Source of the DNA: a virus
Reading direction: 5' to 3' (one strand)
IMG/VR virus record: IMGVR_UViG_3300044643_000612
Span: 20,338-84,337 of that record
Length of the DNA: 64,000 nt
Shown in pieces: positions 41,802 through 50,652 of this stretch (the stretch's first letter is position 1; each line of letters begins with the position of its first letter). Both the position numbers and the translations under genes were made by a program. Under the pieces are notes generated by a model that worked only from the letters and a program-made list of their open reading frames with translations, did no database searches and had not been told where the DNA came from.

Positions 41802-44500
41802 TTGTCTGCGATTTCGAAACATATTACGACTCCGACTTCAGCCTGTCTAAGATGACGACGGAGGAATACATCCGAAGTCCTCGGTTTGAGGTGATCGGCG
41901 TAAGTGTAAAGGTGGATAGCGAGCCGCCCCGGTGGTTCTCCGGTACCATGCCTGACATTCAGAAGTGGCTCCTGCGCTTCCCGTGGGAAACCTCCATCGC
42001 CGTGGCGCACAACGCTGCCTTCGACATGGCCATCCTGAACTGGAGTTTTGGCATTATCCCGGCGAGGATCGCGGACACGCTCTCTATGGCTAGGGCGATA
42101 GACGGACCGGATGCAGGCAACAGCCTCGCCAAGCTGGCAGAGCGCCACGGTCTCGGGGCCAAGGGCAACGAGGTTATCAACGCGCTAGGCAAACGCCGAC
42201 TGGATTTCTCCACGGCACAGCTGGCGGCTTACGGCGAGTACTGCTGCAACGACGCCGACCTGACCTACGACCTGTTCCAGAAGCAAGTGGCGGGCTTCCC
42301 GCTAAGCGAGCTCCGGGTGATCGACCTAACCATACGCATGTTCACCGAGCCGGTACTGCGACTGAGCCAACCGGTGTTGGACGGCCACCTCACTGAGGTG
42401 CTGGACCGCAAGGCGAAACTTCTCGATGGGTTAGGCGTCTCCACCGAAGCCCTTATGAGCAACGACAAGCTGGCTAAGGTCCTTGCAGACCTAGGTGTGG
42501 AGCCCCCGACTAAGACCAGCCCCACCACGGGCAAAGTGGCTTGGGCCTTCGCTAAGAACGACGAGGGGTTTAAGGCCCTACTGGAACATGAGGACGAGCG
42601 CGTCCAAGCCATTGTGGCTGCGCGGCTAGGGATCAAGTCCACGTTGGAGGAGACCCGGACCGAGCGGTTCATCGACATCTCCAAGCGCGGGACCCTGCCC
42701 GTACCCCTACGCTACTACGCAGCTCACACGGGGCGCTGGGGTGGCGACGACAAGATCAACCTCCAGAACCTGCCGCGCAAATCCCCACTCAAGAAATCCA
42801 TGCGCGCGCCCAAGGGGTTCCTGTTGGTGGACTGCGACTCCAGCCAGATTGAAGCGCGGACCCTAGCTTGGCTGGCCGGACAAGACGACCTTGTCCAGTT
42901 CTTCGAGAAGAACAACGCCGAGATCGCGGCGGGCGTTGCCAAGGCGGACATGCAGTTCGACCCCTACAAGATCATGGCCTCCGGCATCTACGGGGTACCT
43001 GTGTCGGAGGTGACGGACGACATGCGCTTCGTAGGCAAGACAACTATACTGGGTTGTATTGCCGAGGGAACCCCGGTACTAACTGATCGCGGCTGGGTAG
43101 CGATTGAGGAGGTAACTACCTCTGACCGGCTGTGGGACGGAGAGGAGTGGGTATGCCACCAAGGGCTAGTGCAGAAAGGCACCAAAGAAACGTTGAGTCT
43201 TTGCGGGCTTTGGTTGACGCCGGATCACAAAGTGTTGTGCGGGACCCAGTGGCTGCAAGCGCACTCAGTGGTTCAAGACAGAAATACCCTCTCCCAAGCG
43301 TTGGATACAGGAGCGGTCAGCTGGTTGTGTCCGGATACGTCAAAGGGCCAAGGAGAGGGGTACTATCCATCATCGTGCGGTGCGACTGCGGGTTCCCAGA
43401 ATACACCGTTGATAGGCACAACTTCAAGGACTTCAAAAGCACCCGATGCCCCCTCTGCGGTAGACGGGAAGGACACCGAAAACGTTATTGGAAGTATATA
43501 TCGGCGCTCCCCGACACTGCGCACCGAGAGCGACTGCTCAACCGACTATCGGCTGCTATCAGCCGCTGCCACGCACCCAATAACCGGATGTACGCAGACT
43601 ACGGAGGTAGGGGTATCGCAGTATACAAACAGTGGAGAGCTGACCGCGCCGAGTTCCTACGGTACGTCCAAACAGTGTCCGGGTGGGACAACCCAGAGTT
43701 CGATATGGACCGTACAGACAACAACCGGGGGTATGAACCCGGAAACATCCGGTTTGTCTCTAGGGCGGAAAACCACGCCAACCGAAGAAAGGTCAGCATT
43801 CTCCAGACGGAACTTGATGACCTACGACATCGCCTACGCCGGGCCGAGGAACAGATACACAGTTGCGACGGATGCCGGTCCAATTATCGTTCATAACTGT
43901 GGCTACGGCATGGGAGCAGCGAAGTTCCAAGGCCAGCTCAAAAACTTCAACGTGGATATGGACCTTGAGGAGTGTAAGCGGATCATCACTGTGTACCGAC
44001 GCACCTACCCGCGCATCGTGGAGTTCTGGGACAAGGCCGACATGGCACTGGAAGCCATGATGCAGGGGATGACCGCCCCTCTGGACGACCACGGGGTTTT
44101 GCTCGTTGGGAAGGACAACTCCATCCGGCTGCCGAACTCCCTGCTTCTCCGCTACGACAATCTCCGTAAGTGGGTGGACCCCAAGGATGGCAAGACGCGG
44201 ACCATCTACGACACCAAGAAGGGCAAGAGCATTGTGCCCAAGTCCACTTGGGGCGGCGCGGTCACGGAAAACGTCTGTCAGGCGGTGGCTAGGATCATCA
44301 TCGCGTGGCAGATGCTGAAGATCGCGGAGAAGTACAAGGTCGCCATGACCGTCCACGACAGCGTGGTCGCCGTGGTTCCGGAAGCCGAGGCCGACGAGGC
44401 CCGCAAGTATATAGAGACGTGTATGCAAGCCCGCCCACCGTGGGCTAAGGGCTTGCCCCTTAACTGTGAGAGCAAGATGGGAGAGACCTATGGCGGATGA
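41792..44500 (+). CDS. Family-A DNA polymerase containing a 281-aa intein in motif B
   Basis: DFETYY, HNAAFD, TGRW, NLQNLP, DSSQIEAR, KTTILG|intein|CGYG and VHD motifs. Confidence 0.92.
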   Translation: MPLIVCDFETYYDSDFSLSKMTTEEYIRSPRFEVIGVSVKVDSEPPRWFSGTMPDIQKWLLRFPWETSIAVAHNAAFDMAILNWSFGIIPARIADTLSMARAIDGPDAGNSLAKLAERHGLGAKGNEVINALGKRRLDFSTAQLAAYGEYCCNDADLTYDLFQKQVAGFPLSELRVIDLTIRMFTEPVLRLSQPVLDGHLTEVLDRKAKLLDGLGVSTEALMSNDKLAKVLADLGVEPPTKTSPTTGKVAWAFAKNDEGFKALLEHEDERVQAIVAARLGIKSTLEETRTERFIDISKRGTLPVPLRYYAAHTGRWGGDDKINLQNLPRKSPLKKSMRAPKGFLLVDCDSSQIEARTLAWLAGQDDLVQFFEKNNAEIAAGVAKADMQFDPYKIMASGIYGVPVSEVTDDMRFVGKTTILGCIAEGTPVLTDRGWVAIEEVTTSDRLWDGEEWVCHQGLVQKGTKETLSLCGLWLTPDHKVLCGTQWLQAHSVVQDRNTLSQALDTGAVSWLCPDTSKGQGEGYYPSSCGATAGSQNTPLIGTTSRTSKAPDAPSAVDGKDTENVIGSIYRRSPTLRTESDCSTDYRLLSAAATHPITGCTQTTEVGVSQYTNSGELTAPSSYGTSKQCPGGTTQSSIWTVQTTTGGMNPETSGLSLGRKTTPTEERSAFSRRNLMTYDIAYAGPRNRYTVATDAGPIIVHNCGYGMGAAKFQGQLKNFNVDMDLEECKRIITVYRRTYPRIVEFWDKADMALEAMMQGMTAPLDDHGVLLVGKDNSIRLPNSLLLRYDNLRKWVDPKDGKTRTIYDTKKGKSIVPKSTWGGAVTENVCQAVARIIIAWQMLKIAEKYKVAMTVHDSVVAVVPEAEADEARKYIETCMQARPPWAKGLPLNCESKMGETYGG
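43055..43897 (+). mobile_element. Contiguous intein (C1...HN, +1 Cys)
   Basis: CIAEGT block A, TPDH block B, TYDI...IIVHN blocks F/G. Removing it restores KTTILGCGYG. Confidence 0.9.
43153..43896 (+). CDS. HNH-type homing endonuclease overprinted in an alternative frame within the intein
   Basis: VRCDCG, CPLC, RCH.P....Y..YGGRGI and DRTDNNRGYEPGNIRF....N..NRR motifs. SD GAGGAG 5 nt before ATG 43153 (alternative start GTG 43249). Confidence 0.8.
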   Translation: MPPRASAERHQRNVESLRALVDAGSQSVVRDPVAASALSGSRQKYPLPSVGYRSGQLVVSGYVKGPRRGVLSIIVRCDCGFPEYTVDRHNFKDFKSTRCPLCGRREGHRKRYWKYISALPDTAHRERLLNRLSAAISRCHAPNNRMYADYGGRGIAVYKQWRADRAEFLRYVQTVSGWDNPEFDMDRTDNNRGYEPGNIRFVSRAENHANRRKVSILQTELDDLRHRLRRAEEQIHSCDGCRSNYRS

Positions 44501-44978
44501 ACCGCAACTGCACGACCTGACCAAGCTGCTACTGACGCGGCTGGAGAGCAACCCGGAGGAGTTCAGCAGAGAGAGCCACTTGAAGGCGTACAAGTGGCAC
44601 AAGGCCGTCGAGACGGTGCGTGAGCACGGGGCCAAGGCGGACAAGGAGACCCTGAACGCCGCCCTGCACAAGTTCCAAATGGACGAGGCGCACGTAGATG
44701 CGTTGAAGCTGCTTATGAATGGGGACGGGGACGGTGTAGCTCTTAGGTCTACCAAACACCCGACCGGTTACGCTGCTGGGCTATCGGGTCATACGCCCGG
44801 AAACGCTGGTAACGGTGGTCCCGGCGGAATGAACGTTAATATAGGTCCATACAGCCCCCGGAACCTGACGCCGGAAGAAGCGCTAGCGATAATTCAAGCC
44901 TCGCCGCAGCCACTGAGCGTTCCGACTACCAACGCACTCACGTCATTCGGGCAAATCAAAAAGAGGCTAGGGCTATGA
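44490..44978 (+). CDS. Hypothetical protein
   Basis: LLLTRLESNPEEF N-terminal motif. Overlaps the polymerase end. Confidence 0.6.
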   Translation: MADEPQLHDLTKLLLTRLESNPEEFSRESHLKAYKWHKAVETVREHGAKADKETLNAALHKFQMDEAHVDALKLLMNGDGDGVALRSTKHPTGYAAGLSGHTPGNAGNGGPGGMNVNIGPYSPRNLTPEEALAIIQASPQPLSVPTTNALTSFGQIKKRLGL

Positions 44979-45577
44979 GCAACGACTACGAGTTTACCAA
45001 GGATTGGTTTGCCCACGCGCCGGAGGTCTGGGAGCACCTGATCCCCATGCTTCCCGGTACGCCGGGGGAGCGTAGCTTCCTAGAGATCGGCTCTTACGAG
45101 GGGCGCAGCGCCGTCTGGATCGCGGAAAACATGATGGAGGAAGGCGACACCCTTCTCTGTATCGACACGTGGAAGGGAGGCGAGGAGCACTCCGGGGAAG
45201 ACATGCTGGAGGTACACCAGCGGTTCCTCAGGAACATGGAGAAGCTTGAGAACCTAAAGCAGGTAAACTGGGGTTTTGTCCGCGCCCCTTCGGCGGCGGC
45301 GATTGCGAGCTACTTCAGCGGACGGCAACCTCTACTCGCCTTCATCTACATCGACGGGTCACATCAAGCTAAGGACGTCCTGACCGACGCCTGCATGGCG
45401 TGGCAAGTGCTCGCCCCCGGGGGCATCATGGTCTTTGACGACTACCTGTGGGGCGACCCTCGCGACGTCCTTCACAGACCCAAGCTGGCCATCGACGCCT
45501 TCGTCAACATCTTCGCGGAGGACCTGACGGTCCTGCATGTGGGTCACCAGCTAGCCATTAAGAGGAATGAGGGATGA
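44975..45577 (+). CDS. Class I SAM-dependent methyltransferase (Methyltransf_24-like)
   Basis: LEIGSYEGRS, CIDTW, IYIDGSH and PGGIMVFDDY motifs. Confidence 0.85.
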   Translation: MSNDYEFTKDWFAHAPEVWEHLIPMLPGTPGERSFLEIGSYEGRSAVWIAENMMEEGDTLLCIDTWKGGEEHSGEDMLEVHQRFLRNMEKLENLKQVNWGFVRAPSAAAIASYFSGRQPLLAFIYIDGSHQAKDVLTDACMAWQVLAPGGIMVFDDYLWGDPRDVLHRPKLAIDAFVNIFAEDLTVLHVGHQLAIKRNEG

Positions 45578-45807
45578 CCAAGCCCCTCGCAGGCACCATA
45601 CCTCCCCGCATTCGGGACGCCCTAGAGGAGACCCAGTTACCGTGGACCCTCGAAATCGGGGGCAAGCACTGGAAAATTAAACTCGCAGGGAGGTTTGTCG
45701 GCGTCCTCCCAAAGAGTAAGAAGGCACACGAAGCGGACCTTCGTCCTACGCTGAACACCATTTCCCAAATCCGCAGGGTAGCGCGGGAAATCCGAGGAAC
45801 CCCATGA
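45574..45807 (+). CDS. Small basic protein, possibly HicA-like fold
   Basis: GGKHWKI motif and basic C-terminal helix. Confidence 0.4.
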   Translation: MTKPLAGTIPPRIRDALEETQLPWTLEIGGKHWKIKLAGRFVGVLPKSKKAHEADLRPTLNTISQIRRVAREIRGTP

Positions 45808-46478
45808 CTGCATGGTCCTACAGCAGCATCAAGACCTTCGACCAGTGCCCAAAAAAGTTCTTCCACCTGCGGGTGGCCAAGGACGTGGAGGACGTCGCGG
45901 GTCCTGAGGCGAGCTATGGGACCGATGTCCACAAGGCTGCCGAGCTATACATCAAGGACGGGACGCCGATCCCCGAGAAGTACGCCTTCATTCGGCCATA
46001 CGTTGAAGAACTGGATAGGCGCGCAGGGGTAAAGTACGCCGAACTGAAGGTAGGGGTGCGCAAGGAAGACGGTGCCTACCTGCCATGCGGGTTCTTCGAC
46101 AAGGGCGTCTGGTACCGGGGGGTAATCGACCTACTGGTTGTGGACGGAGCCCGCGCATGGATGGTGGACTACAAGACCGGCAAGAGCGCCAAGTACGCCG
46201 ACATGAAGCAGCTGGACCTGATGGCGGGCGCTGTATTCACCCACTTCCCCGAGGTGAAGACCATTAAGTCGGGCCTTCTGTACGTCGTAAGCAAAGAGTT
46301 CCCGAAGAAGACCCACGTGCGGGAGAAGCAGGGCGAGTACCTGTCTGTCTTCTCCACCCAGCTTGACCGACTGGACAGTGCCATGGAGAATGGGGTGTGG
46401 AACCCCAAGCAGGGTCCGTTGTGCGGCTGGTGCCCGGTGAAAGCCTGCGAGCACAATCAACCGAGGAGGGGCTGGTGA
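45804..46478 (+). CDS. PD-(D/E)XK (Cas4/RecB-like) exonuclease
   Basis: WSYSSI...CP, G..VH, GVID, VDYKTGK, QL and CGWCPV..C motifs. Confidence 0.85.
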   Translation: MTAWSYSSIKTFDQCPKKFFHLRVAKDVEDVAGPEASYGTDVHKAAELYIKDGTPIPEKYAFIRPYVEELDRRAGVKYAELKVGVRKEDGAYLPCGFFDKGVWYRGVIDLLVVDGARAWMVDYKTGKSAKYADMKQLDLMAGAVFTHFPEVKTIKSGLLYVVSKEFPKKTHVREKQGEYLSVFSTQLDRLDSAMENGVWNPKQGPLCGWCPVKACEHNQPRRGW

Positions 46479-46663
46479 GACTGGTACGGCTTACGGACGG
46501 TGACCATCGCTACCTGAAGCATGTAAAAGACAGGGGCGGCTATATCTATCAAGTGGTAGAAGAGGACTGGACGCACTCCGTCCTCACGCTTAGGTCCCTT
46601 GCAAACGGGCACGAGTCCATGGTCTTGGTACAGCACGTTGAGGATTTACCCGTAGACGAGTAG
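46475..46663 (+). CDS. Hypothetical protein
   Basis: GTGA overlap with the upstream gene. SD GAGGAGG. Confidence 0.45.
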   Translation: MRLVRLTDGDHRYLKHVKDRGGYIYQVVEEDWTHSVLTLRSLANGHESMVLVQHVEDLPVDE

Positions 46664-46681
46664 CAGGTATGTTCTGCGCCC

Positions 46682-47143
46682 ATGGTCGAGCGTGCTCCTA
46701 AGGCGTGTAAGGTGTGTGGTGAGGACTTTATCCCCCGCTCCGTTTCGCACCGGTACTGTGGAGACGCCTGTCGGGCGCAGTGGCATCGGATCACATTCCA
46801 GTCCACGGAATACCAGTACCGGACCATAAGCGGCGACTGGCATAGGTACTTTGTCCGGCTCTGCAACAGCAAAGAACGCAAAGGGGTCATCACCCCACAA
46901 GACTGTATAGAGATACTTAACCAGCAGCAGGGGCGCTGTGCGCTTTCCGGAGAAACCCTAACCTGCCGCCTCGAACGGGGAACCCTCCAGCCTACTAACG
47001 CCAGCCTCGACCGCAAGAATCCCGGTGGTAGCTACCGCCCGGAAAATATACAGTTGGTCTGCGTCGTGCTAAACAGTTTCAGGGGCGCGACCCCCCTCAA
47101 CGAGTTCATCAGCTGGTGTAAGAAGGTAGCCGCCAATGGCTAA
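46682..47143 (+). CDS. HNH-like endonuclease with N-terminal Zn finger
   Basis: CKVC...YCGDAC, then QQGRCALSG...SLDR...Y..ENIQLVC...N motif. Confidence 0.75.
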   Translation: MVERAPKACKVCGEDFIPRSVSHRYCGDACRAQWHRITFQSTEYQYRTISGDWHRYFVRLCNSKERKGVITPQDCIEILNQQQGRCALSGETLTCRLERGTLQPTNASLDRKNPGGSYRPENIQLVCVVLNSFRGATPLNEFISWCKKVAANG

Positions 47144-47429
47144 GAAGCCCCGCGATTATAAGCGCGAGTACGCGCTGTACCACGGCAAGCCCGAACAGAT
47201 CAGCAACCGGAACGCCCGGAACGCTGCCCGCGCCAAGCTCATGAAGGCGGGCAAGGTCCGCAAGGGGGACGGCATGGACGTCGCCCATGTAAAAGCGTTT
47301 GACAAAGGCGGGGGAAACGGGGACGGTGTGCGGGTGGAGCCCGCGTCGAAGAACCGGTCATTCGCCCGAGACCCTAAGAACAATCTCGTCTCCGAGACAA
47401 GCAAGAGAGAGCGTAAGCGGAGACGCTAA
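47136..47429 (+). CDS. Small HNH-family protein
   Basis: RDYKREY...RNAAR...KGDGMDVAH...GG...NRS motif common in podophages. Confidence 0.7.
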   Translation: MAKKPRDYKREYALYHGKPEQISNRNARNAARAKLMKAGKVRKGDGMDVAHVKAFDKGGGNGDGVRVEPASKNRSFARDPKNNLVSETSKRERKRRR

Positions 47430-47447
47430 ACCACTTGGAGCAAACTG

Positions 47448-48992
47448 GTGGAAATCATAGACAACCGAGCGCTGCTCGTCAGCGCCGAAGACCCGGGCCT
47501 TATCACGGAGTCCATCCGTAAGAGCGCTGACACCAAGGACGGCGTTGTCGTCCACTGGGGCTTCCACGAAGCCGAAACACTGGTCAAGCTGGGCGTCAGC
47601 GACGTACCCTCCCCCATCTTGCGTAACTACGAGTGGACCGGGAAGTACACCCCGTTCAACCACCAGAGGACCACGGCTTCCTTCTTGTCCCTGCGCCGCA
47701 GGGCGTTCTGCTTCAACGAGCAGGGTACGGGTAAGACCGCTTCCGTCATCTGGGCTGCCGACTACCTGATGAAGCTAGGCAAGGTGAAGCGGGTACTGGT
47801 CATCTGCCCCCTGTCCATCATGCGTTCGGCTTGGCAAGAAGACCTGTTCACTTTCGCCATGCACCGTTCGTGCTCCATCGCCCACGGGTCCTCCAAGCAA
47901 CGGGCCAAGGTCATTCAAGCGGGGGCCGAGTTCGTCATAATAAATTACGATGGCGTGGCTGTCGTGGAAGAAGAAATTGCCAAGGGTGGGTTCGACCTGA
48001 TCGTCATCGACGAAGCAAACGCCTACAAGAACGCGCAGACATCGCGCTGGAAGATCATGAAGCGCATCATGAATAACACGGACCCGCGCCTGTGGATGCT
48101 TACGGGTACTCCGGCGGCACAGAGCCCAGTGGATGCGTACGGTCTGGCCAAACTAGCTGGATCGCCCAACTGCCCCAAGTACTTCGGGTTCTACCGGGAC
48201 TCCGTGATGCACAAGATCACGCAGTTCAAGTGGGCGGTGCGCCCCGGGGCGCAAGACATCGTGCACAACATCCTCCAGCCTGCCATCCGGTTCGAGAAGA
48301 AGGATTGTCTCGACCTGCCAGAGGTCACGCACGTAGACCGGGAAGCCCCCCTGACACCACAGCAGCGTAAGTATTACGCCGAGCTCAAGAACCAGCTCCT
48401 TATCTCTTCGGACGGGGAGGACGTCAGCGCCGTTAACGCCGCGTCCAAGATCAACAAGCTCCTCCAGATCAGCGGAGGGGCGGTCTACACCGACAACAGG
48501 GAAGTGTTGGAGTTCGACGTCTCTAACCGCATCAACGTGGTGCTGGAGGTCATCCAAGAAGCCAGCAACAAGGTGCTGATTTTTGCCCCCTTCACGCACA
48601 CCATCGACCTACTGAAGGAGCGGATGGACAAGGAGGGCATCAGTGCAGCGGTTATCAACGGGGCCGTCCCGGCAAACAAGCGCGGGGATATCATCCAGCA
48701 GTTCCAAGAGAACCCCGACCCCCACGTTCTTATCATCCAGCCCCAAGCCGCCTCTCATGGGCTTACCCTTACCGCCGCAGACACAATCATCTGGTACGCG
48801 CCCGTCACGAGCGTAGAGACCTACCTTCAGGCCAATGCGCGTATCGACCGCGCTGGGCAGAAGAACACGATGACAATCGTCCATATCCACGGCAGCCCCG
48901 CCGAGCGGCACGTCTACCAGATGCTCCGTGGGAACATTCAGGAACACCAAAAAATTATCGACTTGTACCGGACGGTGCTTGACGCGGAGTAA
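47448..48992 (+). CDS. SNF2-family helicase
   Basis: QGTGKT, IDEA, LTGTP, SHGLTL and QANARIDRAGQ motifs. Confidence 0.9.
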   Translation: MEIIDNRALLVSAEDPGLITESIRKSADTKDGVVVHWGFHEAETLVKLGVSDVPSPILRNYEWTGKYTPFNHQRTTASFLSLRRRAFCFNEQGTGKTASVIWAADYLMKLGKVKRVLVICPLSIMRSAWQEDLFTFAMHRSCSIAHGSSKQRAKVIQAGAEFVIINYDGVAVVEEEIAKGGFDLIVIDEANAYKNAQTSRWKIMKRIMNNTDPRLWMLTGTPAAQSPVDAYGLAKLAGSPNCPKYFGFYRDSVMHKITQFKWAVRPGAQDIVHNILQPAIRFEKKDCLDLPEVTHVDREAPLTPQQRKYYAELKNQLLISSDGEDVSAVNAASKINKLLQISGGAVYTDNREVLEFDVSNRINVVLEVIQEASNKVLIFAPFTHTIDLLKERMDKEGISAAVINGAVPANKRGDIIQQFQENPDPHVLIIQPQAASHGLTLTAADTIIWYAPVTSVETYLQANARIDRAGQKNTMTIVHIHGSPAERHVYQMLRGNIQEHQKIIDLYRTVLDAE

Positions 48993-49027
48993 GCGGGGGT
49001 TTACAAAGTCAACAGAAGGAGCACAAC

Positions 49028-49435
49028 ATGTCTGACAAAGTCATTAACGATCTCGTCAAGGTATACCGGCGTCTCCGTGACGCCGTTGCGGAATTGGAGG
49101 AGGAACACAAGGCAAAGCTTGCCGAGCTCAAGTACCAGATGGACCTTGTCAGCCAAAACCTCCTAGAGTTCTGTGAGCGGCACAACCTCGACAGCGTCCG
49201 AACCCCGATGGGCACGGTCTCGCGGCGGGTTCAAACCCGCTACTGGACCAATGATTGGGAGTCTCTCTACAAGTGCGTTGAGGAGAACGGTGCGTACCAC
49301 CTGCTGGAGAAGCGCATCAACAACCACAACATGAAAGAGTTTCTGGAGGAAAACCCGGACATCCTCCCGCCCGGCCTGCAAGTGGACCGGAAGTACATTG
49401 TCCAAGTCCGTAAACCCAACCGTAAGGATACCTAA
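49028..49435 (+). CDS. Conserved replication-module hypothetical protein
   Basis: SD AAGGAG. Coiled coil followed by SVRT..GT...DW...LLEKRI...PPGL. Confidence 0.7.
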   Translation: MSDKVINDLVKVYRRLRDAVAELEEEHKAKLAELKYQMDLVSQNLLEFCERHNLDSVRTPMGTVSRRVQTRYWTNDWESLYKCVEENGAYHLLEKRINNHNMKEFLEENPDILPPGLQVDRKYIVQVRKPNRKDT

Positions 49436-49437
49436 CC

Positions 49438-50403
49438 ATGGGTAACATCGCTATTTTCAAGGAGCAGTCGGAGCTCGCCGTCGTCCGCCGCCAGTCCCGG
49501 CTCGCGGATAAGATGGGTACTGGCGGAGCTCTTCGCCGTATCCAGATGAGTAAGAAGGGCACGTTCAAGCGTATCGTCGGTGGCGAGCAGGTGGGCGGGG
49601 TTGCCCGCGACTCCATCGACGTCATCATCGTGGATATGCTCTCGGAAGTGTCCCGGCAGTTCTATGCCAGCACCTACGACCCGAATGCAGCAGCGACCCT
49701 TCCGGATTGCTGGTCCAACGAGGGTGCCAAGCCGGAGGCCAAAGCTTCCAACAAGCAGGCTAGCGCCTGTAGCGCTTGCCCCAAGAACGTCGATGGCTCG
49801 GGCACTAACGGTAAGGGCCGCGCCTGCCGATACGTGCGTAGGCTGGCGCTGCAACTCGTTGGGGACCCCTCCGGCGAAGTCTGGCAGATCAACATCCCGG
49901 CCATGTCCCTGTTCGCCAAGGGTGTGGGTAACGTCCACGGCTTCGAGAGCTACAAGAAGTTCCTCGTCGCCAACGGTGAGGGCGTGGATACGGTAGTGAC
50001 GCGCATCCAGTACACCCCGAACGACGAGCTGGAGGTGCGCTTCCAACCCATCCGGCAGCTGACCGCTGAAGAGGATGCTCGGGTGACTGCTGCGCAGGAA
50101 GACCCGGAGACCGCGAGATACACCGTGCTGACCGCTGCGGAAGCTGATGGCGTGAACAAGACTCCCTTGGTTCCCCCGCCCGCCCCTGCCCCTGCCCCTT
50201 CCGGCTTCTTTGGTGCCACCGAAGACACTGACGAGGACGAGGACGAGGACGAGGAAGAAGCTCCGGTTCAGGTCAAGGAGCCCGAACCCAAGAAGAGGGC
50301 TTCCAAGAAGGCCGAGGTTCCTGCTACCCAAGTTAAGCCGGAACTGAACAGCGTTCTGAGCTCGTGGCTCGACGACGACGCTGGCGACGACGTCCCCTTC
50401 TAA
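49438..50403 (+). CDS. Putative single-stranded DNA-binding / recombination protein
   Basis: PDCWS.EG, CSACP and RACR motifs. Acidic tail ending DDVPF. Confidence 0.6.
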   Translation: MGNIAIFKEQSELAVVRRQSRLADKMGTGGALRRIQMSKKGTFKRIVGGEQVGGVARDSIDVIIVDMLSEVSRQFYASTYDPNAAATLPDCWSNEGAKPEAKASNKQASACSACPKNVDGSGTNGKGRACRYVRRLALQLVGDPSGEVWQINIPAMSLFAKGVGNVHGFESYKKFLVANGEGVDTVVTRIQYTPNDELEVRFQPIRQLTAEEDARVTAAQEDPETARYTVLTAAEADGVNKTPLVPPPAPAPAPSGFFGATEDTDEDEDEDEEEAPVQVKEPEPKKRASKKAEVPATQVKPELNSVLSSWLDDDAGDDVPF

Positions 50404-50412
50404 GGAGCAGAC

Positions 50413-50652
50413 ATGTCTAAGGGATATACGGTTAGCATAGTACGCGCTAACGCCGACGCGGACCCCCATCTTCTGGGGGTCCAACTTGGCCAGTACTGCA
50501 TTCCCCGGAACATCTCCGTTGCGGAGGTTGCGGCGGCGGTGGGGGTCACTCGGGCCACTATCTACAACTGGTTTTGCGGCGGGACGGTCGGGAAAGCGAC
50601 CCATGTCGAGGCGGTCAAGGCTTATCTCGGGCTTGAAGACGCCGTTGACTGA
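50413..50652 (+). CDS. HTH DNA-binding protein
   Basis: SVAEVAAAVGVTRATIYNWF helix-turn-helix. Confidence 0.75.
   Translation: MSKGYTVSIVRANADADPHLLGVQLGQYCIPRNISVAEVAAAVGVTRATIYNWFCGGTVGKATHVEAVKAYLGLEDAVD

Noticed and set aside
45574-45807. HicAB toxin-antitoxin pair
   Set aside because: Only a weak HicA-like motif is seen and there is no HicB-like neighbour.
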